Part shown: positions 14,334 through 25,589 of the stretch, in pieces | Layout of the letters: the number at the start of each line of letters is the position of its first letter | How positions within the stretch are numbered: position 1 is the first letter of the stretch | NCBI GenBank assembly: GCA_026023565.1 | Contig: JAPETS010000018.1 | Span: 1 to 64,000, forward strand | Length of the DNA: 64,000 nucleotides | From: Cirrosporium novae-zelandiae | Taxonomy: Eukaryota | Reading direction: 5' to 3' | Translations under genes and position numbers: made by a program | The notes under the pieces: model-generated | What the model was told of the DNA's origin: nothing | The model's input: the letters and a program-made list of their open reading frames with translations, nothing else | Databases searched by the model: none

Positions 14334-17300
14334 ATGAAGATGACCCAACATCTTCCTTCCAGGGATTTGCCTCAAAACGAAGTCGAGATGTCAGATATTG
14401 AGGAACTTTCTGTTGGCGATGGAAATGCATCATGTTTAGGAGTCAGCGGCAATAAGTCTCAATTTAAGCCTAATACTTCTATGCATACATCTGTTCCGTT
14501 GGAATATCCGACGCATTACTTCCAAACCCCAGATAATGATGGGATTTCCGAACCCACAAATAACGATACTAAGTCCGAATATGAAACTGATAGGGATAGC
14601 AATGGGAATTTACGAAATAGTTTACGAACATCCTTATCCATGTCCTCACGAACATCGACACTAAAATCATCTACTCCACAGTTGCAAGATAATGCAGCTA
14701 AACAAGATACCGAGCATTTCCACAGAAGGACGGGTACTAGAAAATCCCTAAACAAGGCAACAAATCATCGACCCAGAGCTTTAATTCCTGGTGGAGTAGT
14801 TACAGCGGAATATGCACGAGAAAGCGTACGTGCTGCATATGCTTCGCGACTAAATCCTTATGCCTTACATCCGGAAGAATATCAGCTTCTCCGTTCCACC
14901 TTACCACATCGTCATGTCACAACCTATCTTAATATTAGGAATGGTATATTACGCCTCTGGATAAGAAATCCTCTCGTTATCGTTACACAAGAAGAGGCTA
15001 CAGGTTGCGCAAAAGAATATCGTTTCCTCCAGCTAGCAGAGATAGCTTACGAATGGCTACTACGAAGAGGTTACATCAATTTTGGCTGTGTCGAAATACC
15101 AAACCCTCCTAGGCGGCTCCGTCGAAGGCTTGATAAACAGAAGACAATTGTGGTTATTGGAGCTGGAGCTGCCGGGTTGGGTACTGCCCGACAGATTCAA
15201 AGCGTACTCATGCAGCGTTACGAAAAATCATCTGCTGGAGAGATGATTCCAAAGATAATTATTCTAGAAGGCAGGAATAGAATTGGAGGTCGAATATATT
15301 CATATCCTTTGAACAAAACGATTTCAAATTCTTTACCACAAACTATGAGAGCTACAGCAGAAATGGGAGCGCAGATAATAACAGGCTTTGAACAAGGCAA
15401 CCCACTCCATGTATTGGTTCGGGGTCAACTTGCATTGCCCTATCATAGCCTCAGGGATGTTTCTACCTTGTATGATGTGGACGGCTCAGCTGTGGACCAT
15501 GTCCGAGATGAAATGGTTGAAAAGGTTTATGATTATATTTTAGAAAAGGCTAGCGAATACCGATCTAAACCTCACGAGGAGAAGACATTTGAAGGGAACA
15601 AAGACCTAGTTGATGGTGGCCGTGACGTCTCAGGGGAGGACGGCATTACAATAGCCGAACTGGAGCAGGGGAATATTCCAGACGCTACTTTTAAAACCAA
15701 ATCGCAGCGAAAACGTGTTACCGGGGTGGACAAATTGACCAGGAAAATCCATTTATCTGAGAGCACTCCCGATACAAAAACAGTTGCAGAGACGATGCAA
15801 AAAGCTGGCTGGAACTTGAAGCCGGGAAATACTTCAGAAAATAACATCAATCTGGAGGAAATCACGTCCGGAACCCGTTATCCCCGTTTAGGTGATGCCA
15901 TGGATGAAGGGGTTAGGCAATTCCAACAGATAGTTAACCTTACGCCACAGGATATCAGATTAATTAACTGGCATTTCGCTAATTTGGAGTATGCAAATGC
16001 TGTAAATGTCAACGAGCTCAGTCTGGGTAGTTGGGACCAAGACGTGGGACACGAGTTTGAAGGCGAACATTCTGAAGTTATTGGTGGCTATCAGCAAGTT
16101 CCTCGGGGACTCTGGCGTTTCCCAACAGAACTTGATATCCGGAAGGAGAAAGTTGCTATTCATATACAGTATGATGCCGTGTCATCCAATAGTTCAGGAA
16201 AGATTATATGTGAGGATGGTGATACCTTTGAAGCAGATCGTATTGTCCTTACTGCCCCTCTTGGTGTTCTCAAAGATCAGAGCATTCAGTTCAGCCCTCA
16301 ATTACCGGGCTGGAAAACGGACGCTATTAGTAGACTAGGGTTTGGTCTTTTAAACAAGGTCATCCTTCGTTACGAAAAAGCATTCTGGGATACTGATAGA
16401 GATATGTTTGGCCTCCTTCGAGACGCAAAAATCCCAAGCAGCCTGAATCATAAAGACTATGCATCACAACGTGGTCGGTTTTATCTTTTCTGGAACTGCA
16501 TCAAAACAAGCGGGTGCCCAACACTTATTGCCTTGATGGCAGGGAAATCGGCTGAGCAGTGTGAATCCACAGACGATGATGATTTAATCCAAGAAGTCAC
16601 TGGGCAGCTACGCAACATGTTTGGTGTAGACAATGTACCTGAACCAGAAGAAACCATCATAACTCGCTGGCGCAAAGACCGTTTCGCTCGGGGCACATAT
16701 TCATACGTTGGAACAGAAGCTGTAGCAGAAGACTACGACGCCATGGCTCGTCCAATCGGAAATCTCTACTTCGCGGGCGAAGCTACATGTCGTACTCATC
16801 CTGCCACCGTCCATGGTGCCTACATTTCTGGTCTCCGCGCAGCGTCAGAGGTTGTGGATTCCCTCATCGGACCTATCGAAATCCCAACCCCACTAATCCC
16901 TCCTCGAATTAAAGCTTCTAGCTCTACCACTACCCCCATTACCGGAACTAAGCGCTCTTCTGACAACAACTCAATTTCTAATACCATTACTAGCGCTAAG
17001 CCTCTCACCCCCGCTCAAATATACGAAGAGGGTATTTTGGATGCTATTTACACTCAAATTGGCTTCCGACCGCTGAAACCCTCAAAGACGGGTGTAAACC
17101 CCTTTCTACTCTTTCAGAAAGATCACTGGTTTGATTGTAAGGCCATGCTCGATACTAAGGCGGGAAGCCATGAGATTCGAACGACGTTGGGAGCCATGTG
17201 GAGGAGTGCAAACGAAGAGGAGAGGAGACCATATATAGAGAGTGCGGCGAAGCAGCGGGAGGTCAATGGGGACATAGAAACAAAGTGGAAGAAGATGGTT

Positions 17301-17378
17301 GTGGAGTGGGATTCTAAGGCTTCGGAAATTAAGACGAAGTATATAGAAAGGAATCCCTTGGTAGAGGATCCTAAGTAG
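14334..17378 (+). CDS. LSD1: Lysine-specific histone demethylase 1-like (SWIRM + FAD amine oxidase + HMG box)
   Basis: SWIRM segment (YLNIRNGILRLW..NP, RRGYINFG), Rossmann VIGAGAAGL, EGRNRIGGR, WHFANLEYANA, FAGEATCRTHPATVHGAYISGLRAA and C-terminal HMG-like NPFLLFQKDHW. True start uncertain. Confidence 0.93.
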   Translation: MKMTQHLPSRDLPQNEVEMSDIEELSVGDGNASCLGVSGNKSQFKPNTSMHTSVPLEYPTHYFQTPDNDGISEPTNNDTKSEYETDRDSNGNLRNSLRTSLSMSSRTSTLKSSTPQLQDNAAKQDTEHFHRRTGTRKSLNKATNHRPRALIPGGVVTAEYARESVRAAYASRLNPYALHPEEYQLLRSTLPHRHVTTYLNIRNGILRLWIRNPLVIVTQEEATGCAKEYRFLQLAEIAYEWLLRRGYINFGCVEIPNPPRRLRRRLDKQKTIVVIGAGAAGLGTARQIQSVLMQRYEKSSAGEMIPKIIILEGRNRIGGRIYSYPLNKTISNSLPQTMRATAEMGAQIITGFEQGNPLHVLVRGQLALPYHSLRDVSTLYDVDGSAVDHVRDEMVEKVYDYILEKASEYRSKPHEEKTFEGNKDLVDGGRDVSGEDGITIAELEQGNIPDATFKTKSQRKRVTGVDKLTRKIHLSESTPDTKTVAETMQKAGWNLKPGNTSENNINLEEITSGTRYPRLGDAMDEGVRQFQQIVNLTPQDIRLINWHFANLEYANAVNVNELSLGSWDQDVGHEFEGEHSEVIGGYQQVPRGLWRFPTELDIRKEKVAIHIQYDAVSSNSSGKIICEDGDTFEADRIVLTAPLGVLKDQSIQFSPQLPGWKTDAISRLGFGLLNKVILRYEKAFWDTDRDMFGLLRDAKIPSSLNHKDYASQRGRFYLFWNCIKTSGCPTLIALMAGKSAEQCESTDDDDLIQEVTGQLRNMFGVDNVPEPEETIITRWRKDRFARGTYSYVGTEAVAEDYDAMARPIGNLYFAGEATCRTHPATVHGAYISGLRAASEVVDSLIGPIEIPTPLIPPRIKASSSTTTPITGTKRSSDNNSISNTITSAKPLTPAQIYEEGILDAIYTQIGFRPLKPSKTGVNPFLLFQKDHWFDCKAMLDTKAGSHEIRTTLGAMWRSANEEERRPYIESAAKQREVNGDIETKWKKMVVEWDSKASEIKTKYIERNPLVEDPK

Positions 17379-17762
17379 GTGGTTGTTGGTAAAGTGGCAT
17401 GTATGGTATCGGGAGGCGCACTGTTGGGGCGCCAAGCGATCTTGTATTTATTGTCTGTGGGTAGGAAAATGGTTTGCATTTGTGGCAAAGGTTACGGAGA
17501 GCTGGTCTAGGGTTCTAATATTAAATGATTCATTATAACTTTATATTATACGATCAAGACTACTAATGTCATTAATGCTTGCTATTGGGCACCAGAGTGG
17601 ATTGAAGGAAGTAAAATATCGACTTTTTGACCAAACACGACTTTGGGTTAAAAAAGGATTGGGAACTTTCCAAGTAGGTAGGGGGAGTTTCGTATGCTTG
17701 TAATCCCAAGGAGTTTGTCCTCAAACCTACAATATTGAATAGCTCATGGTGTCAATCGTAAC

Positions 17763-18366
17763 TCATCTTCCAATATTACCCATTTGCCCATCATCAGATT
17801 GTTGATTCAGTTTCTCCACAATATCCCTAGCTTTAGCCCAAAGTTCCGCATCCATTGCTTTGCCCACAGCATCATTTCGACTATTAAGCCACCCAACATC
17901 CAGATTTCCTAGACCACCTGTCGTGCCAGTCTTCTCCGCGCCCTGTTGGGCCATAGTCGCTGTAGAAAGCGTGGTAGTGCCTCCAGAAGCAGCCTGTTGT
18001 TCCTTGAGAGCCTTTTCAGTGGGTATGATATCAGCTTCTTCTAGAGCGTAAATCTGACGCCGTAAACGGACATCTATAGAAGAAAGTAAGGCAAAATATT
18101 GGGAGGTGGCGGTTCCGAAGTCTGTTTTGTGCTTCTCTAATGTATCTGGGTCCTCAGTAGTGGGATCGGGACGGGCATCTGTGAGGGCTTTGACAGCGTG
18201 ACCGGCAGATTCGAGTAGTTGAGCAACATCCTGGATTTGGTGTTAGTAAATAGTGAATTAGAAAGGCAGGTGATGAGGAATTGACCTTATCGATGTCATT
18301 AAGTTGTTTGATTCTATCAGCTGGAGTGAAGATTTGGCTATTTTCTTCTGAGTTATCAGAAGCCAT
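17763..18366 (-). CDS. MED11: Mediator subunit Med11
   Basis: FTPADRIKQLNDIDK|DVAQLLESAGHAVKALT, YFALLSSIDVRLRRQIYALEEADII, LGNLDVGWLNSRNDAVGKAMDAELW; one intron at about 18231-18285. Confidence 0.88.
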
Positions 18367-18902
18367 ATTGCAGATTTGAGCTCAACCTGTATCGGAGTTA
18401 AGAAAATATGCAAATGTCAAAGTGCACGATGTTAAATTGTAGATATTCGTTCTGAGAAATATGAAGGACGGAGAAGGGGTGAACCTTGCTTATGCCTCAT
18501 TGAGTAAGATTATATGATGTTGAAAGTAGTAGTTTACATACAACATTTGCGACTTCGGTATTTACTAAAAGTAAATCTACAAAGTATTTACTACATTTGC
18601 TTAAGGAGATTAAAGAATGACGTTGATGGAGTGTATGTTTGGCGCTTATATAGACGAATTGTTGGAAGTCGCGCTTAGAAGGCGTGGGAGGAAACGCGTT
18701 ACTTTATAAGCTTTTGGGACCCAATATCAACATATTAAGAATGGGATCTGCTCTAGAGGCTCAATCTTCATGAAAGAAAATCTGTCTGCTTGATAGTAGA
18801 ATACCAGAGATGCTGCCACTATTTCGAGACAGGACTTGATATTTTTTCTTCATTAGAGTTCTTTTTCTGACCTATGATTCCCATCCTCCATTCGACATAG
18901 TA

Positions 18903-21900
18903 ATGTCGGGACCGCCTCCTAACCATGCGGGGACTCCAGCACCGCCAACACCTGGTACTGGAACACCCACAGGAATGGCAGTGCCTCCTCAGCAGCCCCC
19001 CTCATCGGCTCCCAGTAATGCAGCTGGTCAGGCACAACCTCCTACCATGTCTCAGCAGAATTTGAATAGCATTGTAAGTAGATTTTTCTCGTTGAGCTGC
19101 TGTAAAGTCCCAGTTTGAATCATGTCTTTCCTGTTCTTTGTCGTCCACATGCACGTTTCATTTTTCTTAAATTTCCTTATGTATGATACCGAATCCGTTT
19201 GCAAGTAGATTATCCATGCAGTATCTTTGAGGGACGAATCCGTGGTTCTGGGGGACTTTATGTCGGGATAGAAGGAATTTGAAGGTTGAGGTATTCGCGG
19301 TGCCTAGGCATCTCTAAGCCTCTGAAATGAATCAATGGAAACAATAAGTTCATACGACGCATCATCAGCATACCCTTCTTATCCACCCTATCAATAAAAC
19401 CAGCGGTCTTTTTCTAGCATACAAGATGGGATACGAATTCATGGCTATTTTTTCGAATAGTTCAAGATCTAAAGATTTTTTAACAAAGCATAAAACTCGA
19501 GTTAGATGAAGCTGGAAGGCGCAATACTTTCACGTCTTGTTTCCCTTTTAAAGATGTCGAGTTCAGGTCACCGGTTGGTTTTGCACCTCGCATTACTGTG
19601 ACATGTTTCTGTACACTGAATGAGGTAACGGCTGCATTCACTTTGTCAACGACCTTTGCTACATAATTTCAACTAATACAGTATTGCTCGTTTTTCCTAA
19701 CGCTCAAGTGAGGATGTGCTACACGGTAACTGAGATTTTCACAACGTCTTTTCTATTAGTTTGATTGCTGCGTTGGCTTTATAAATCGTTTATTCCGCGG
19801 ATTTAATTGTCATTCTTCTAGTTTGCAAGCATGGAAACAAAAAAAACTAAAGTGGTTCTCCAGGTCCTCGAATATCTCAATAAGAAGGGATACACGCGTA
19901 CCGAAGCCACACTCCGCAAGGAGTCTGCGAATATCGATGCGGAGGGTAGACCTATTCCTGACCCCGAAGATAACAACGGGACAAAGTATACAAGAGCATT
20001 TGGTTGGTGATGCCGTAGTAATTGTTCACTCTTTTTTTTTTTGCTGACATACTCTATTCCAGATATGACCAGGCGATGGATAGAGGACAATATTGATATT
20101 TATAAGGTTTGATTCTTTCACATCAAACTTAGTTTTCTCTCACCACTCATGATTTCATAGCCGGAGCTGCGCAAAATATTATGGCCCTTATTTGTGTATT
20201 CATTTCTGACCCTTGTCATCACTTTCTACCCTGATGATAGTAAAAACTTCTTTACTACATTCAAAGATCTTTTCGGTCAGGAACACGAAAGCGACTTGTT
20301 GAAGCTACAGCATATCGCCCTCCCTGACCATGTAGACACCAATGCCGTTGCACAGCTTTACCAAAAGAACAAATACCGCCTTCGATTCACCAAAACGGCC
20401 TTCAATACTCTGATCCAGTTTCTAGAGAGCAAAGAATCCGAAGGAGGGAAACTTATTATTAGCATCATACAAAATCGCTGTGATGTTAGAACAGTCGATC
20501 GGACTGCTGATGATCGGTATAGCTTGAAGAATATGCTAGAACAGGCTCAAGGATCTACGGACATGGTAATCGAAGATGAGGGTATTCCTGGTCATCATGC
20601 CGGTTCTGCAAATACTGATCGGAATGCACCTGTTGGAGTGTTACCACGTTTGAAACTCGGCGCTCTTCCCATGGAACAAGAGTTGATGGAAGACGTTCAA
20701 GCAGAGCTCGCCAATGAAGATGGAAGACATCCACCAGAACCTGGCCAAAACTCTCTGATCCAGGAATTTGAGCAACACATCAAGCGTGAAGAAAGCGAAG
20801 ATGCCCCTAATAGAACTGACGTCCCTCTTCCTCCATCGCTTGCTCGGGATGTTAAAATGGAAGTTCAGAAGGTCAAGGAGAATCGCGATCGGTATAGAAT
20901 CACTTCTCGTACTGGTGGCGTTGGCCCAGCAGTCAGCGTTGTCATGTACACCTTCCACAATACATATGACGGGTATACCTCTTTCAGTTCAGTTTTCCAC
21001 TAAAGCTGACTATGCGTAGAATAAACTGCATTGAATTTTCAGATGACAATCTCCTCATCGCAGCCGGTATGGCAGAATCCTATATCCGCGTGTGGACCCT
21101 TGACGGCAAAGCAATTCGTTCTGCTATGCCATCAAGCCCTAATGACCCACCCCTATCAAACTCTCGCCGTCTTATCGGTCACTCCGGGCCTGTCTACGGT
21201 GTCTCCTTCTCGCCCTCCATCGCCAGCGATCCTAGTGACGGCCCAAGTACAGGCCCACAATACCTTCTTTCCTGCTCTGCAGACAAATCTATCCGACTCT
21301 GGTCCCTTGAAACCTGGACTTGTCTTGTCGTCTACAAAGGACACGACCAGCCGGTATGGGATGTCAAGTGGGGTCCCTACGGCCACTATTTCCTATCTGG
21401 CGGACTTGACAAGACCGCTCGGCTCTGGAGCACAGAACATATTTCGGCTCTCCGACTCTTTGCGGGCCACGATATGGACGTCGACACCGTAACCTTCCAC
21501 CCAAATTCGGCGTATGTCTTTACTGGAAGCTGCGACAGAACCGTTCGCATGTGGGCTATCACGAACGGGAATGCAGTACGCATGTTCACAGGGCATACGG
21601 GCAATATCACAGCCTTGGCCTGCAGTCCCAATGGCAAAATACTTGCATCAGCAGATGACAGTGGCGCGATTCTACTATGGGACCTCGCCCCAGGACGTCT
21701 CCTAAAAAAGCTCCGCGGACATGGAAAGGGAGGTATCTGGTCTTTGAGCTGGTGCGTCGAATCCACCATTCTCGTCTCCGGTGGCGCCGATGGGACTGTA
21801 CGTGTGTGGGATGTCGTTGGACCTGGCAGCGAGACCAATCCACAGGGCAAAATCGTCGGGGAGGGCGGAGCTGGGGTCAAGATTGATGGGGCAGCGAGCG

Positions 21901-22073
21901 GAACGCAGGCTACAGGACCCAGTGGTGTGAGTGGGACTGGAAAGAAGAAGGGCAAGGATGTGATAGTTAGTCCGGAGCAGATTAGCGCGTTTCCGACAAA
22001 GAAGAGTCCTGTCTACAAAGTCAGGTTTACGAGACAGAATTTGGTGGTTGCTGGAGGTGCTTTTTTACCTTAA
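18903..22073 (+). CDS. TAF5: Transcription initiation factor TFIID subunit 5 (LisH, NTD2, WD40 repeats)
   Basis: QQNLNSI|VLEYLNKKGYTRTEATLRKE (LisH), YKPELRKILWPLFVYSFL (NTD2), WD40 repeats (LIGHSGPVY, YKGHDQPVWDV, FHPNSAYVFTGS) and FPTKKSPVYKVRFTRQNL C-terminus; first intron 19074-19863. Confidence 0.96.
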
Positions 22074-22392
22074 GCTAGATGAAGCTCTATAATTATTTGG
22101 TTGTTGAAAGAAGTTGATCATTAGGGACTCAAGTTTGGCGTTTTAGTATTTAAGATGGGTTCAAAGGAATAAGGGCAGAACTGGGATTATACTTCTAGGT
22201 AGTATCTAGATATGATATATCTATCACCGCCCTAATGCTTATTCCTTCAGTTCGCTAAAGGCCAATTATATTACAGCTATGTGTGCACTACCAAGGTTGA
22301 TGACCCATAAAGGCAAAGATTGCATGGTAGAAATATAATTCTCATTTATTTTTACGACATCTTGACAAGACGGCCATCTTACACCCCACTTT

Positions 22393-23414
22393 TCAAGGCT
22401 GTTTCGATACCCCTTGCCTCTTCTCTAAAATCCGATCTACAATCCCCAACTCCAACGCCTCATTGGCCCCCATAAAATGATCTCTCTCCATCAACTTCTC
22501 AATTTCCTCCACGGTCATGTCTTTCCCCGCTACTTTCAAATGCCGTTCATAGATCTCGTTCAGCTGGTGGCGGACCCTCAGGATCTCTTTCGCGTGGATC
22601 GCGATGTCGGACGCTTGGCCGAAGTAGCCACCCGACGGTTGGTGCACCATTATGGAGGAATGTGGGAGGCAGTAGCGGAGGGAGGGGGCGCCGCCGCACA
22701 GAAGCAGGGAGCCCATTGAGGCGGCTTGGCCCACGCAGATGGTGGATACGGGGGAGGTGATGTAGGTCATTGTGTCGTAGATTGCGAGGCCTGTAGGAAA
22801 GGGAGAGTGGGGTTAATGAAGGTGAGGTGGGGGTGATTTGGCTTGGGGTGGTTATCACGGACCTGCTGTCACAGAACCGCCGGGGGAGTTTATGTAGAGT
22901 TGGATGGGCTTTTCTGGGTTGTCGGCTTCGAGAAAGAGGAGTTGGGCTACGATGGAGGCGGATACGGTTTCGTTGACCTCACCATTTAGACAGATTATGC
23001 GTTCCTAGGTGAATAATTAGTATCCCCCACTTAGTAATGTAGTGTGTATATGTAGTAAACATGCCTTCAAGAGACGCGAGAATATGTCATCTTGTTAAAG
23101 CTCTGATTAGCTCCCATGTATTCTGCCGATCGGAAAGAATGGTTGGTAAAGACGTCCCAAGGAGGATAGCAAGCTTACAGGTGTGCCAGGAACCTCCCTA
23201 TATAGTTAGTATCGCGATTGGGAAAGACTAAGCATAGAGGGGGGGGGTTTCTGAGGCTAGGCACAATACATACCACTGTCTCAGTAATAAAAGGTGTGGG
23301 CGTCCAAGCCTGCGAAGGCTTTGGGAGACCCGAGAATTGTCGCAAGCCTATTCTAGATGCATTTCTCACTATAGGAACATTAAATGCGCGAGGAAGCGCC
23401 CGTAATCTATTCAT
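22393..23414 (-). CDS. CLPP: Mitochondrial ATP-dependent Clp protease proteolytic subunit
   Basis: [62 protein letters not shown] (catalytic Ser), MVHQPSGG (His), ERDHFM; Arg-rich presequence [11 protein letters not shown]. Confidence 0.95.
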
Positions 23415-23590
23415 TTGGAGAAGTTGATGTTTTCGTCCCAAGCAACGCTCAGAGCTCTGGGCTTGCGGCCTTGGACGGCGGAGAAAGATATCGTTGGCCC
23501 GAGCGTCCCGCCCCGGCTTTGAAATGATGCAACAATTTCAACCGTCTTGAAGGCCCACCACCAATAACGTATGGATATTCAACATCAGAG

Positions 23591-25078
23591 ATGACCCTGG
23601 TGATGACTGGCCTGGCTAAGGAAATCAGGCTGGTAGTCCATCCAAACCTACTACTTTGTCGACCTTTTCTAGTGAACCCGAGATGCTTTTCAACGAGCCG
23701 GAAAGTCCTCTCCACGCCTACCAGAAAAGATACCGGCCCAGACACCGAATATAAAGACTTCCTAGGAGAGCTGGAGAAGGAGCTTGAAAATGACGAAAGA
23801 GACGTTGCCCGAGAGATCAGAGGTCCACCCTTGACCTCTAGCCAATGGGCGGCCCATAGAAATCATTACGAGAGACATTCGAAGGAGCAGAATCAAGGCC
23901 ATCTACAAGATGCCCTTCGGCCAGTCTCCCCCGAGGGGTTTAAAGTCAGGCGCTTTGTGGTCCGACTAGTACTCGAAGGAGGGAATCCAAAATCGCCCCA
24001 TCCACCTCCACCTCCCATAATTCCATTGCGCGTGCGTCCTCCCGCCCGACCAGTACCCTCGAGAGGGAATTCAGAATCGCCCAATTCACCTTCTCCCATA
24101 AACCCATTGCGCTTGAGTCCCGTCCAGCCAATACCCGCAGAAAGGGATTCAGAATTGCCCAATTCACCTCTCATAAATCCATCGTACTTGCGCCCCGTCC
24201 AACGCTATCGTCTCCCCAAGCGGAAACCGACAGCGGAAACCGTAAACGATTTTTCGCGCCAACTGAATCAGAATGTCTATGCCCATGCATTAGCGACCCC
24301 CGTGCGGCAATGTGTTTTCACCAGAGCCCGAATGCCCTCCTTCTTTCTCCAGGACTTTACATTGATAGACCACCCCGAAACCAAGAAACCCTGGCTCCTT
24401 CCGGTCGGCCTGGCTACCGAATTGCAAGATGGAGAGTATGAGAAACAGCCGGGACTGTCCAAGACACCGTTCAACCATGAACGCTTGATGATGCGACTCG
24501 TGCTCCGCAAGAGCGTTATAGAAACAGTATCAAAAATGGCCCTCAAAAAGCATGGTCTCACGAAACTGATTGCCCTGTCTCCCCACTTTGAGAGGGTGCC
24601 CGTAAATGACCTGTACTGGAGACCCGATATGGCGGATATGATACTGAGGCTCATGAGGCAGAATGTTACGCTACAATTGAAGTGGCTGGCACGGCTATTC
24701 AACGGGGGTCTAGTAGAAAGTGAGAATCATTGGGATGGCCTACAGGAGGTCATGGCAGGAGGAGAGGAGTGCTCCGCGGTGCTCTGGCTGGGCAACCCGC
24801 CTCCTCCTCCCACATCCCCGGAGCCCACGGACGAATCTGAACCCAAATCCAAATCAGAAGCCGTCGAGGGACCTTCGTACCTCACAACCATGGTCTACAA
24901 GCAGCAGGTCGTGCCATACTACAATTTACCACGCCTGCTTGGGCCAGATACTATTAAAGAATTGAGAACTTTCCATCCCATTTTTAATAACGAACTTGTG
25001 GTGGTCACGAGGAAATGGAGTACGTGGGATTTACTCACGTTCTTGTGGAAGCTGGAGGGTTATTTGGCTTATGATTAG
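23591..25078 (+). CDS. Uncharacterised fungal protein, probably mitochondrial
   Basis: 495-aa intronless ORF; presequence-like RCFSTSRK; conserved-looking NVYAHALATPVRQCVFTRARMPSFFL and LWKLEGYL; Pro-rich linker with an internal duplication. Confidence 0.65.
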   Translation: MTLVMTGLAKEIRLVVHPNLLLCRPFLVNPRCFSTSRKVLSTPTRKDTGPDTEYKDFLGELEKELENDERDVAREIRGPPLTSSQWAAHRNHYERHSKEQNQGHLQDALRPVSPEGFKVRRFVVRLVLEGGNPKSPHPPPPPIIPLRVRPPARPVPSRGNSESPNSPSPINPLRLSPVQPIPAERDSELPNSPLINPSYLRPVQRYRLPKRKPTAETVNDFSRQLNQNVYAHALATPVRQCVFTRARMPSFFLQDFTLIDHPETKKPWLLPVGLATELQDGEYEKQPGLSKTPFNHERLMMRLVLRKSVIETVSKMALKKHGLTKLIALSPHFERVPVNDLYWRPDMADMILRLMRQNVTLQLKWLARLFNGGLVESENHWDGLQEVMAGGEECSAVLWLGNPPPPPTSPEPTDESEPKSKSEAVEGPSYLTTMVYKQQVVPYYNLPRLLGPDTIKELRTFHPIFNNELVVVTRKWSTWDLLTFLWKLEGYLAYD

Positions 25079-25589
25079 ATTGCGGTGGTAGTAGAGCCCC
25101 TTGTTGGATCGGGATTCATGATAGACGGCCAATTTCAACATCATCATTATTGTATATGTACTGTACAAAATAGGTGTGGGATACAAAATCGGTATATGGA
25201 GGGGGTGTTTAGTTAAAAAGTCTCTGGTATGCTTGAACCAAAACTCAATTTTATTTTGTTAGAAGGTTCTCCCGTTATGCCCTGCAATATAAATTTCGCA
25301 ATTTAGGGGTCTTTATCGTATTCGTTGAGTGGGTGGTTAGCGCATCCAGCGAATTCATCATTATTTATGTATATCAAGACGCAGCATATTAAAAAAATGT
25401 AAATTACAGTACCGATAACGTATCAGACAACATGTAGCTCATACCTGAGACGAGATTATATTCACAACACCGTTTCAGACGAAGGATCCCAAAAAAAGCT
25501 TTCGTTTTCCCCCAACTTACTTATACCTCAACCTAGACCGAAAATTTACAACCAGATCAAATATTGAACATTCCGGCAGGCACACATCC

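Noticed and set aside
19221..19228. GTATCTTT as a U12-type splice signal in the TAF5 intron
   Set aside because: Single imperfect match with no U12 branch site; the intron has normal U2-type ends.
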